Under the pieces are notes generated by a model. That model saw only the letters and a program-made list of their open reading frames with translations, made no database searches and had not been told where the DNA came from. Shown piece after piece: positions 1 to 9,122 of a stretch of DNA of 64,000 bases. Source of the DNA: an uncultured Pseudomonadota bacterium (GTDB lineage Bacteria > Myxococcota_A > UBA796 > SXON01); the NCBI GenBank assembly GCA_903921785.1, contig CAIXRH010000014.1:1697-65696 (forward strand), in the 5' to 3' direction. The position numbers and the translations under genes were made by a program. Each line of letters starts with the position of its first letter. Position 1 is the first letter of the stretch.

Positions 1-2613
1 CACCGTGACGTAGCCTTCTTCCCCCTTCGTGCCCGAGATCCCGCCGATGTTGAACTCGCGGTCATAGGAGAAGTCGTCGTCTTCGTCGATCTCGTCCTGG
101 TCGAGCCACTTCGTGGAGTAGGGCTCCTCGCCGGGGAGGAGAGCACCGCCGTCCGCGGTGCACTGCTGCACCAGCACCTGGTCGTAGAAGGTCTCAGGCA
201 TGGGCTCGCCGGAGTCGAGCACGCCGTCGCGGTCGAAGTCGACATCGCAGGTGGTGGGGTCCGTCTCCGGCACGCCGCACGCGTCCGTCACGGTCTGCTC
301 GCTGCCCATGGTACCCGAAAGGAAGACCTGGGCGTACAGGTAGTCGAGCACCGAGTCGGGGTAGCTGAACGTCGGGGCCCCGGTGCACAACGCGCTCGAT
401 GAGGTACCGGTCGTGGTCGGAACGGGGAGGAACGCGGCGGGAACCACTGCGATCCACGGATCGGAGGGGTAGCTGTCGCCCCCGTCATCGAACCGCCGGT
501 CGAGCCATACGGCGACGTAGACCTCCTCGCCGGGGGTTCGATCCGTGAGGTCGAGGAGCCAGCGGTCAGTGTCGACCACCTCGCTGGACGTCGCGGCTCC
601 GTCCGCGTCGATCGCGCTGACGTCCTCTGGCTCACGGAGCTCGCCGAGCCCGATGATCGTCGTGCCGTCGGACGGCAGCGCGGGAAGCGTGACGGAGTCG
701 ACGGCGCGCGGGGAGAAGATGTTCTCCACGGCGTAGTCCTTCGTGGTCGGGTCATTCCAGCGCACGACCTCGGCCAGGAAGCCTGCGCCTTCGAACTGGA
801 GCTCCAGGCCGGCGGCGTCGTAGGGGATGCCATCGAGGCGCACCACCTGCGCGCCGTAGTCCCCGTCGATCCAGCCGTTGAACGAGAAGGCCGGATCGTA
901 GTGGTAGTAGTCGGTGCCCTCGAGGAGCACCGTCGAGCCGTCCTCGAGCTCCGGCGCGTCGCTGTCGCCGCCGGTGTAGGCGTAGTTCTTCCCGCGGAGG
1001 TTGACCCCGCGCTGGTAACCGTTGGCGCCGTACAGGTTGTCGAGGGCCGCAGGAGGCGACGAGAGCGTCTCCGCGTCGGGGTAGGCGACGAAGCTCGCGT
1101 CGGTGATGAGCGCGCTCCCGGCGCCGTCCGTCACCCCCGTGCCCAGCAGCGAGAGCTGCCAGCGGATCACGAGGTCGTCGAAGGTGATCCCGGTCTCGGT
1201 GGCGTGGGTGGTGAGCGAGGCTTCAACGCCGTCGGTCCCCACCTCGGACTGCGCGAGGATGTCCTGGAAGAACGTGTCCGGATCGTCGGTGTTCGTCTGC
1301 GCCCACTGGTAGAGCCAGAGGCCGAAGAGGTACTGCGCGCCCTTGGGCGTGGTGTCGAGGCTGCCCTTGGTGCCCGAAGCGAGCAACGGGTAGTTGTAAG
1401 GCGCGTCGAGGTAGTCCCAGGCGTCGGCGTGGAAGGGCGCGCCGAAGCCGCAGCGATCCGCGGCGAGGGTGCCGAGCACATCGTTGAGCCAGTCCTCCTC
1501 GACGCTCGTCCCCTCCGACACGATGATGTGCTGGTTGTAGCTCACCAACGACACCAGCGACCGCGCCACCTCAGCGAGCAGCGAGTAGTTGGTGTACTCG
1601 GGGATCGAGACCTCCTGCCCGTGGTGCAGGTAGCCCTGGGGGTCCGGCGCGTAGGCGTAGATCACCTCACGCTCGTCGCTCCCGGGGTTGGTCTTGATGT
1701 CGTAGTCGTCCAGGTCCACCGCCGGTTCGGCGTAGGAGTGCAGCACCGCGTCCTGGTTGGTTTCGGACGTGAAGGTGATGTGGTTGAGCTCGGGGGTGAT
1801 GAACAGGTCGACCCGGCCGTCTCCGTCGATGTCGGAGGGCTCGCCGAACAGCGTGGTGACGTTGGGGTAGATGTTGAGGTCGATGACGTCGGCGACCGTG
1901 TTCAGATCACAGTTGTCGAAGCCGTATGCGTCGTAAGGCGCGGGGACATCGACCGTGCCGTCGCAGTCGGTGTCCCAGTCGATCGCGACCTCGTTGTCCA
2001 CCCAGATCGCCACGTGGTCGCCGAGGGCCCAGAGCGTTGCGTCCTTGCTGGCCCACTCCTGGTCGACCATGTTGGTGCGTACCCAGAACTCGTCCTGCGT
2101 CACGCCGACGTCGTCGGTGCTCAACGCGTCGCGGTGGAACACCGGGGGCGTGGGGAAGCTGACGTGGCCGGGCGCGCTGACCGACGCCGCGCTCGCCGCG
2201 GCGCGAGCGCCATGGCCGGCCTTCTTCCGGGCGCTCGCCTCGGCATCCGAGACGTACCGGAGCCCGTAGGTCTGGTCCGAGGAGTCGTTGTTGACGAGGA
2301 GCAGGTAGAACTCCTGGTCCTGGTTGAACTCTCCGGATTCGTCGGCCAGCGACAGGGACGCGGGGGACTCCACCGCCTCCACCGGCGCGAGGTCGCCCGG
2401 GTCATCGAAGTTGTAGTCCTTGCCGCCCGAATCACCGCCCGTCTCGGTCGAGTCGTTGGTGTCGCTGGTGTCGTCGGAATCGCCGGTGTCCGGACCGCCG
2501 GTGTCGTCCGTGTCGATTGAGGACGAAGAACCATCGCCCACGCCGAAGTCGGGGTCCTTCACCCGGCAGCCAGCGAGCAGGAGCAGGGTCAAGGGCACGA
2601 GATACCGATGCAT
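1..2613 (-). CDS. Large acidic lipoprotein with peptidase M30-like domain lacking HEXXH (partial, runs off left edge)
   Basis: Not in ORF track; translated by hand. ATG at 2613 with GGAGG RBS; MHRYLVPLTLLLLAGC lipobox; YPNVTTLFGEPSDIDGDGRVDLFITPELN and SYNQH..EEDWLNDVLG resemble M30-like peptidases; frame open to position 1. Confidence 0.85.
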   Translation of the reverse strand, partial: MHRYLVPLTLLLLAGCRVKDPDFGVGDGSSSSIDTDDTGGPDTGDSDDTSDTNDSTETGGDSGGKDYNFDDPGDLAPVEAVESPASLSLADESGEFNQDQEFYLLLVNNDSSDQTYGLRYVSDAEASARKKAGHGARAAASAASVSAPGHVSFPTPPVFHRDALSTDDVGVTQDEFWVRTNMVDQEWASKDATLWALGDHVAIWVDNEVAIDWDTDCDGTVDVPAPYDAYGFDNCDLNTVADVIDLNIYPNVTTLFGEPSDIDGDGRVDLFITPELNHITFTSETNQDAVLHSYAEPAVDLDDYDIKTNPGSDEREVIYAYAPDPQGYLHHGQEVSIPEYTNYSLLAEVARSLVSLVSYNQHIIVSEGTSVEEDWLNDVLGTLAADRCGFGAPFHADAWDYLDAPYNYPLLASGTKGSLDTTPKGAQYLFGLWLYQWAQTNTDDPDTFFQDILAQSEVGTDGVEASLTTHATETGITFDDLVIRWQLSLLGTGVTDGAGSALITDASFVAYPDAETLSSPPAALDNLYGANGYQRGVNLRGKNYAYTGGDSDAPELEDGSTVLLEGTDYYHYDPAFSFNGWIDGDYGAQVVRLDGIPYDAAGLELQFEGAGFLAEVVRWNDPTTKDYAVENIFSPRAVDSVTLPALPSDGTTIIGLGELREPEDVSAIDADGAATSSEVVDTDRWLLDLTDRTPGEEVYVAVWLDRRFDDGGDSYPSDPWIAVVPAAFLPVPTTTGTSSSALCTGAPTFSYPDSVLDYLYAQVFLSGTMGSEQTVTDACGVPETDPTTCDVDFDRDGVLDSGEPMPETFYDQVLVQQCTADGGALLPGEEPYSTKWLDQDEIDEDDDFSYDREFNIGGISGTKGEEGYVTV

Positions 2614-2683
2614 GGGCGTCCTCCGAGCGCGGGCGGCTCGATGCCGGCACGCTACCACATCGGCTCCGCCCGCGTCCATTCCC

Positions 2684-2712
2684 TTGACTCACGCGGGGCC
2701 GCTCTGTATAAG
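2684..2712 (+). promoter_or_regulatory. Sigma70-like promoter
   Basis: TTGACT-N17-TATAAG, 25 nt upstream of ATG 2738, in very GC-rich DNA. Confidence 0.6.
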
Positions 2713-2737
2713 CCGCGCTACCCCCGCGAGGCCCGAG

Positions 2738-3649
2738 ATGTCCTTTCGCTACAGCTTCCTCCTGCTCTTCGCCGCCGCCTGCGCCACGAGCGGCTCGGGC
2801 GACACCGACACCAGCTCGAGCACCGTCGAGCCGCGGGAGTTCTCCGACTTCGTGAACACCACCGAGGCGCCCACGGGCGACCTCACGTGCAAGGACGCCG
2901 CGCTCGGCACGGTCGACCCGGCGAAGCAGGTGGACGTGACCTTCAACGGCGAGGTCCATGACTTCCAGCTGAAGGACGTCGTCGCGGAGGCCACGGTGAA
3001 CTTCTGGTTCGACGACGACGTGAGCGCCACCATGTCCACGACCGTCCAGGCGGACACCAAGGGCGCCTTCACGGTCGACCTTCCGGCGTGTACGCCGCTC
3101 GCCTACGAGAGCACGACCCCCGTCGACTGGCAGCAGACCGTCGACACGTACGAGGTTCACCAGATCTACGGCTACGAGGAGGACGGATCGGTCGACGGCG
3201 AGTACGTCAACTCCGTCAGCCAGCAGACCAGCACTCTCATCCCAGCGCTCATCGGGCTGGAGTGGGATCCCACGACGGGCATCATCGCCGGCACGGCCTA
3301 TGACTGCACCGAGACGGGGATCGGCAACGCCCAGGTCTTCATCCACGACGAGGCGGGGAACGCGCCGCCCACCGGCGAGATCTTCTACTTCAACAGCAGC
3401 GATCTGCCGACCGCCCGCGACCCCGAAGACGCCGCCACCGCGCGCACCAACCCCGACAACGGCCTCTGGGTCGCCATCAACGTCCCGGTCGGTGTCTGGA
3501 TCGCCGAGATGTACATCTGGGACGGCAGCACCTACGTGATGCTCGGGAGCACCCAGCTTGAGATCAAGGCCGGCTCGGTGAACATCTCGAACATCTACAC
3601 CGGTCACACCGACGGCATCGCCTACCCCCCCTCGTGCCTGGTGCAGTGA
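2738..3649 (+). CDS. Lipoprotein, beta-sandwich/carboxypeptidase-regulatory-like
   Basis: MSFRYSFLLLFAAAC lipobox; beta-rich acidic sequence; TGATG overlap with next gene. Confidence 0.8.
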   Translation: MSFRYSFLLLFAAACATSGSGDTDTSSSTVEPREFSDFVNTTEAPTGDLTCKDAALGTVDPAKQVDVTFNGEVHDFQLKDVVAEATVNFWFDDDVSATMSTTVQADTKGAFTVDLPACTPLAYESTTPVDWQQTVDTYEVHQIYGYEEDGSVDGEYVNSVSQQTSTLIPALIGLEWDPTTGIIAGTAYDCTETGIGNAQVFIHDEAGNAPPTGEIFYFNSSDLPTARDPEDAATARTNPDNGLWVAINVPVGVWIAEMYIWDGSTYVMLGSTQLEIKAGSVNISNIYTGHTDGIAYPPSCLVQ

Positions 3650-5262
3650 TGCTCGCTGCGCTCTGGCTCGCGCTCGCGGCCACCCCCGCGCATGCCGATG
3701 CGCCGGACAACTGGAAGTTCAGCCTCGACGGCTACTACCGGGTGCGGGGCCACGCCTTCTGGGACCTCTACGAGGGCCAGGCCGCGGCCGGCACGTACAT
3801 GACGCACCGGGTGCGCCTCCAGCCGCAGTTGAACTTCGAGGACCGCGCGAAGTTCTTCATGCAGGTGGATGCGCTGGACGGGGCGGTGTTCGGGGACAAC
3901 ATGTCCCAGGCATCCACAGCGTTGTTCGCCGGTGATCCGTCGAACACCGGGATTGACGGCATCGAGGGCAGCGCCATCACCGTCCGCCGCGCGTGGACCG
4001 AGTTCAAGGTCCCGGTGGGCCTGTTCCGAGTCGGCCGCCAGGCGAGCTCCTGGGGCATGGGCCTGCTCGCCAACGACGGCAACGGGTTCGACGACACCTT
4101 CGGCGAGAACAAGTACGGGTCAACCTACGACCGGGTGCTCTTCGCCACCCGACCCATCACGGTCGGCACCACCGTCGCGAACATGATCAACCCCAAGAAC
4201 AAGGTGCAGGACATCCCGCTCATCGCGGCCTTCGGGGTGGATCGACTGGTGGAGGACCCCCTCATCCAGTACTACGGCTACACCTGTGATCCGACCGAGA
4301 CGACCGACGATCCCCGCTGCGGCGCGTCCGACGACCACGGCTACACCCTCGAGCGGGATCCGACCCGTCGTAACGACACCTGGTGGGTCGACACCCAGGA
4401 CGACGTCTACGAGATGGTCTACGTGCTGGTGTACCGCGGTGAAGGCCTGAAGTTCTCTGAGTCCATCACCGGCGACCTCACCGCAGGCGTCTACGTGGTG
4501 AACCGGAAGCAGGCCGAGACCCAGAGCGACGTGCTGATCGTCGATGGCTACGTCAAAGAGGCCATCGCGAACACCTACGCCGAGGCCGAGGTGCTCACCA
4601 TCCAGGGCGATACGCACGCGATCACCCTGGCGAGCTCCGACCCGGAGGACCCGCTGGCCAAGAAGGCGGCCATCTGGGGCTACGTGGTGCGCGCCGGCTA
4701 TCAGGACCCGCAGCTCAGCCTCATCATGGAGCACGGCTACGCGTCAGGCGACGACAAGCCCACCGACGAGAACTTCACCGGTCGGCCGCTGCACCCGGAC
4801 CACAACGTCGGCCTCCTCTTCTACGAGGAGATCATGTCCCGCGTCACGGCGAACAGCTGGGGCGACGGGGCAAAGGGCCTGTGGAGCAACGGCGGCGTGT
4901 ACAACAGCCGGTACATCTTTCCGAACGTACGCTTTCGCCCGATCCCCAACCTCGAGGTGCTCGGCGGGTTCATGATGGCGTGGCCCGACAAGCCCGACGG
5001 AAGCCGCATCCTCTGCAAGGAGGGAGACGATGTCGAGTGCGTCACCTACTCCGCCACCAGCGACTACCTCGCCTGGGAGGGAGACCTCGCGGTGAAGCAC
5101 AAGTGGGCCGACCACATCAACGTCACCGTAGAGGGTGGGTTCGCCCACGTCACGGACCGCATCCCGCTGCGTACGACCGGCCTGCAGTTCGAGACCGACG
5201 CCGACGGCCACGACTTCGGCGACTTCTGGACCGTCCAGTCGCGCGTCGCGTACGAGTTCTGA
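3649..5262 (+). CDS. Outer-membrane beta-barrel protein (TIGR04551/alginate-export-like)
   Basis: Signal peptide ending AHA; FSLDGYYRVR, VRRAW, RVGRQASSWGMGLLANDG, YDRVLF motifs; C-terminal YEF. Confidence 0.75.
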   Translation: MLAALWLALAATPAHADAPDNWKFSLDGYYRVRGHAFWDLYEGQAAAGTYMTHRVRLQPQLNFEDRAKFFMQVDALDGAVFGDNMSQASTALFAGDPSNTGIDGIEGSAITVRRAWTEFKVPVGLFRVGRQASSWGMGLLANDGNGFDDTFGENKYGSTYDRVLFATRPITVGTTVANMINPKNKVQDIPLIAAFGVDRLVEDPLIQYYGYTCDPTETTDDPRCGASDDHGYTLERDPTRRNDTWWVDTQDDVYEMVYVLVYRGEGLKFSESITGDLTAGVYVVNRKQAETQSDVLIVDGYVKEAIANTYAEAEVLTIQGDTHAITLASSDPEDPLAKKAAIWGYVVRAGYQDPQLSLIMEHGYASGDDKPTDENFTGRPLHPDHNVGLLFYEEIMSRVTANSWGDGAKGLWSNGGVYNSRYIFPNVRFRPIPNLEVLGGFMMAWPDKPDGSRILCKEGDDVECVTYSATSDYLAWEGDLAVKHKWADHINVTVEGGFAHVTDRIPLRTTGLQFETDADGHDFGDFWTVQSRVAYEF

Positions 5263-5263
5263 G

Positions 5264-5947
5264 GTGCTGAGCCTCCTCTGGGCCAGCTGGGCGCTCGCGG
5301 GCGTGCCGGAGGATGTAGAGTTCGCGGCCGACGCCGACAAGCCCCTGGAGCTCCGCCAGGACGCCTTCTCCCGCCTGCACGACGAATCGGCGGTCGCCAC
5401 CCTCCTGAAGATCGCCAAGGACAAGGACACGTCTCCGCCGCGGCGCTGGGTCGCCGTGCGAGCGCTGGGGCTCAACCCCTCCGGCGAGGCCCGCTCCGCG
5501 CTCATCGCGTTCCTCGCCTCGGACAACGCCCCCACGCGCATCGCCGCCCTCGCCGCCCTCGGTGAGCGCAAGGACAGGTCCACCTCTGGACACGTCGCGG
5601 CGCGACTGGAGGACAAGGCGCTCCTCGTCCGGCAGGCCGCCGCCGACGCCCTCGCCCTCCTCGGCGACCCTGCCACCCTCCCCGACCTCGGTCGCGCGCT
5701 CGCCGATCCCTCCGGCACCTACCGGGGCACGTCGATGTGGGTGCGCCGCCACTACGTCGAGGCGATGGGCGCGATCGGCAGCAACGACGCCATTCCCTTC
5801 CTGGCGAAGGCGCTCGTCGATCCCGACGCCGACGTGGTGAACGCCGCGGTGAAGGGCCTGGAGAAGGTCGCTGGCTTCAGCTACGCCGCCGGCCGCACCC
5901 ACGCCGAGGAGATCGAGGCGTGGACCCGTTGGAGCAAGGGCCGCTGA
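5264..5947 (+). CDS. Secreted HEAT-repeat protein
   Basis: GTG start 1 nt after barrel stop; repeated VRxAAAxALxxLG-type HEAT units. Confidence 0.8.
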   Translation: MLSLLWASWALAGVPEDVEFAADADKPLELRQDAFSRLHDESAVATLLKIAKDKDTSPPRRWVAVRALGLNPSGEARSALIAFLASDNAPTRIAALAALGERKDRSTSGHVAARLEDKALLVRQAAADALALLGDPATLPDLGRALADPSGTYRGTSMWVRRHYVEAMGAIGSNDAIPFLAKALVDPDADVVNAAVKGLEKVAGFSYAAGRTHAEEIEAWTRWSKGR

Positions 5948-5993
5948 CCGGACGCGGCGGTCCCGCCGTTTCGGAGCTACCCTGTCGCGCGCG

Positions 5994-7538
5994 ATGCCCT
6001 ACGACTGGACCAGCCCCCCCCGCGGCGACGCCGTCGCGCTGATCTCGGTGTACGACATCGAGAACAACGCGGTGCGACAGCTCGCGGCCGGGCTGCGGGC
6101 GAGAGGGCGCCGCGTCGTCGAGGTCTACTTCAAGGACTGGCGGAACAACCGGTTCGAAGAGCCGATCGACGCCGAGCTCAAGAGCCTCCTCCACGTCCTG
6201 CAACGGGAGCGGGTCGGCCTGGCCGCCTTCAGCCTCCGGGCGAGCGCCTACGAGGCCGTGGTCCGGCAGCTCGCGGGGTACGTGCGGGGGCACACCGGCC
6301 TCCCGATCGTCGTCGGCGGCTGGCACCCCACGGTGCGGCCGGAAGCGGTCATCCCGTTCGCCGACGCGATCGTCCGCGGCGAGGCCGACACCACGTTCCC
6401 GACCTTCATCGAACGGTTTTTCGCCAACGACCCGGCCCTTCCCGAGAGCCTCGGCACCTGGGTGAACGCCGGTGGCGCCGTCCACAAGAACGCCCCCGCC
6501 CCGCTGGTCTCCCCGCTCGACGCCCTCCCCTGGCGCGACTATACCAGCGTCGACAAGTGGGTCATCGACCGGCATTCGGTGCGGCAGGGCGATCCCATGG
6601 CTGCCGACCCGCTGTTCCAGGTCCTCTGCAGCCTCGGCTGCATCCAGGAATGCAGCTTCTGCCACAACAGCTTCGACGACGGGGCGCCCGGCGCGCGCCT
6701 GCGTTTTCGAAGCGTGTCCTCCGTCCTCGACGAGCTGGCCGCCCGCCGCAAGGCCAACCCCACGATCCGCCGCGTCCGCTTCGACGACGAGATCTTCGGC
6801 ATCGACCGCCGCTGGCTCCGCGAGTTCGCCGAGCGGTATCCCAAGGAGGTCGGTCTGCCGTTCGACTTCCTCACGGAGCCCACCGTGGTCAGCGAAGAGT
6901 ACGCGGAGCTCCTCGCGAAGGCCGGCGCCGCGTGGGTGCACATGGGCATCCAGAGCACCGAGGAGGTGAACCGGGACAAGCTCGCGCGTCGCGCGAACCG
7001 GGACACCACGCGAGCGGCCGTGGAGCGACTCAGCAAGCACGGAATCCGCATCCGCTACCTCACGATGGTGGACATCCCGGGCGTGAACGAAGCGCAGAAG
7101 CGCGAGCTCTTCGAGTTCTTCCAGGCGCTCCCCCGCCCCTGGGACCTCTACCTGTTCTCCCTGACCCACTTCCCCGGCAGCCGCATGGTGGAGGACCTCC
7201 TCCACGACGGCGTGCTGGACCCGAGCGAAGTGGAGGGCGCCGCGCACAAGACCTTCTCGCAGTACCGCGTGGAGCTGAGCTGGCCGCGCGACCCTGAGGA
7301 CACCTGGTGGATCGCGCTCTACGTGATGCAGGCGAGCGGCGTGGTTCCCCGACGCCTCCTCGGTGCACTGGCGAAGTCGGGGTTCGCGAAGGACGCGCCA
7401 CGTCCCGTGGTCCTCGCCGCCCATGGCGCCACGCTGGCGAAGACCGCCCGGGTGGCGGCGCGAATGGTCCGCAACGGGGAGCTCACCCCGACGTTGGTCA
7501 AACGCTGGTGGAACCCCCTCGCCATGGTCACGATGTAG
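5994..7538 (+). CDS. B12-binding-domain radical SAM protein
   Basis: VVGGWHPT, IVRGEAD (B12-binding domain); CIQECSFC (CxxxCxxC); FDDEIF; MGIQS. Confidence 0.9.
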   Translation: MPYDWTSPPRGDAVALISVYDIENNAVRQLAAGLRARGRRVVEVYFKDWRNNRFEEPIDAELKSLLHVLQRERVGLAAFSLRASAYEAVVRQLAGYVRGHTGLPIVVGGWHPTVRPEAVIPFADAIVRGEADTTFPTFIERFFANDPALPESLGTWVNAGGAVHKNAPAPLVSPLDALPWRDYTSVDKWVIDRHSVRQGDPMAADPLFQVLCSLGCIQECSFCHNSFDDGAPGARLRFRSVSSVLDELAARRKANPTIRRVRFDDEIFGIDRRWLREFAERYPKEVGLPFDFLTEPTVVSEEYAELLAKAGAAWVHMGIQSTEEVNRDKLARRANRDTTRAAVERLSKHGIRIRYLTMVDIPGVNEAQKRELFEFFQALPRPWDLYLFSLTHFPGSRMVEDLLHDGVLDPSEVEGAAHKTFSQYRVELSWPRDPEDTWWIALYVMQASGVVPRRLLGALAKSGFAKDAPRPVVLAAHGATLAKTARVAARMVRNGELTPTLVKRWWNPLAMVTM

Positions 7539-7622
7539 TGGCTGCGGCTCCGCCGATTCGGATCGTTGGCCGAAGATCGTTGCCAGGCCTCAAGCAATCC
7601 TCCCGCTGACCGATGGGAGGAC

Positions 7623-9122
7623 ATGCTGCTCCTCGCCTCGATCGCGCTCGCCAGTTCTTCGTCGGCCTCCTTTGCCGTCGATTCCGGTGCTTGGAGCGGC
7701 GGTACGGTGAGCGACGGCGTCTTGGAGATCGCCGATGGCAGCGCCACGCTGGACCTCGGCGTGGTCTCGTCCTTCACCTTTGCGGCGCGGATGCGCCTCG
7801 CCTCCGGCGACCAGTTCAGCGTCGGCACCGGCTCCATCTGCACCTTCACCGCCGACTACACCGGCGCCCAGGCGCTGAGCCTCGACAGCGCGAGCGTCCC
7901 CTTCAACGTGGACGAGCTGGCGTTCACGGCCAGCTCCCAGGCCGTCGTCGAGCCCGACGACCTCTCCGAAGCGGCCGGCGTCGGCGATCCGGACGTGGTC
8001 AGCTTCGGCGGCCAATGGTGGATGTTCTACACGGCCACCGACCTCGGCAGCCTCCCTGCCGTCCACGCAGCCACCTCGTCCGACCTCACCACCTGGACGC
8101 GCCTGGACACGCTGGAGCTGGACGGCGGCGCGGAGCCCACCGCCCTCGACGACGGCGGCACGCTCGTCGTCTACTACGCCGCCGGCGGCACGATCTACCG
8201 CACCACCACCACCGACGGCACGAGCTTCTCCTTCCCCACCGTCGCCCTCTCCCCGGGTCCGGACTTCGACAGCTCCGGCCTCGGCAACCCGAGCATCCTC
8301 CGCGGCGACGACGGCACGTGGCACCTGTGGTACTCGGTCACCGACTCCGGCGCGACCGGCCACGCGGTGAGCAACGACGGCCTCGGCTTCACCCGGAGCG
8401 GCGAGCTCTCCGCTGACGGCAGCCGTCTCGCCGCCCTCGACGTCACCGACGGGGCCTTCGGCTTCGAAGGCGTCTACACGATGCTCGACAGCGTGGGGTT
8501 CTCGCCGGGCGGGGACGACCCGGAGTTCATCGACGCCACCGCCGACGTCCGCCCCGCCCTGGCGATGAACGACACCTCCTGGAGCGAGGGTGGGTTCGGC
8601 TCAGCCGCGGCGGTCCGCGACAGCGCCGGCCTCACCCTCTTCGTCGACGGGGTCGACGCCGGACAGCGGGTCATCGGCCGGGTCGACACCGCCCCGGCCC
8701 CTGGCGGATGGGGCAGCCTGGTCCTCCGCTGGGACGGCACCACGCTCACAGCGTCCTGGAATGACGGGCCTGACCTCACCTGCGCGCTCAGCAACGTCGG
8801 TCCATTCGTGGTGACGGCGACGGGCACCGCGGAGCTGGACGAGGTCCGTGTCGACTACTCCGGCACCGCCACCACCGACACGGCGGACACCGGCACCCCG
8901 AACGACTCGGGCGCCGACACCGCCACAGCCGACACCGGCGACAGCGCCCTGGACTCCGCCGACACCGGCGCCCTCGGCTTCAACGCCGGTGAGTGGCTCG
9001 GGGAGCCCGGCGGCTGCGGCTGCCAGTCCACCTCCCCTCCCCGCGCCACCCCGGTGCTCACCGTCTTCGCCTCTCTCCTGCTGATCCGGGCCGCGCTCGT
9101 CCGCCCGGCGAGGACCGCATGA
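7623..9122 (+). CDS. Surface protein with glycoside-hydrolase-like 5-bladed beta-propeller and MYXO-CTERM-like tail
   Basis: GGAGG RBS; GDPDVV..WWMFYT, EPTAL, GNPSIL..WHLWYS blade motifs; DT-rich linker; GGCGC + hydrophobic + basic C-terminus. Confidence 0.7.
   Translation: MLLLASIALASSSSASFAVDSGAWSGGTVSDGVLEIADGSATLDLGVVSSFTFAARMRLASGDQFSVGTGSICTFTADYTGAQALSLDSASVPFNVDELAFTASSQAVVEPDDLSEAAGVGDPDVVSFGGQWWMFYTATDLGSLPAVHAATSSDLTTWTRLDTLELDGGAEPTALDDGGTLVVYYAAGGTIYRTTTTDGTSFSFPTVALSPGPDFDSSGLGNPSILRGDDGTWHLWYSVTDSGATGHAVSNDGLGFTRSGELSADGSRLAALDVTDGAFGFEGVYTMLDSVGFSPGGDDPEFIDATADVRPALAMNDTSWSEGGFGSAAAVRDSAGLTLFVDGVDAGQRVIGRVDTAPAPGGWGSLVLRWDGTTLTASWNDGPDLTCALSNVGPFVVTATGTAELDEVRVDYSGTATTDTADTGTPNDSGADTATADTGDSALDSADTGALGFNAGEWLGEPGGCGCQSTSPPRATPVLTVFASLLLIRAALVRPARTA

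Noticed and set aside
901-2520. 539-aa plus-strand ORF
   Set aside because: Antisense shadow of the real minus-strand lipoprotein gene; V/R/G-rich with no motifs.
7561-7584. Possible sigma54 promoter (TGGC...TTGC) with gatcgttg direct repeat
   Set aside because: GG-to-GC spacing is 12, not the required 10.
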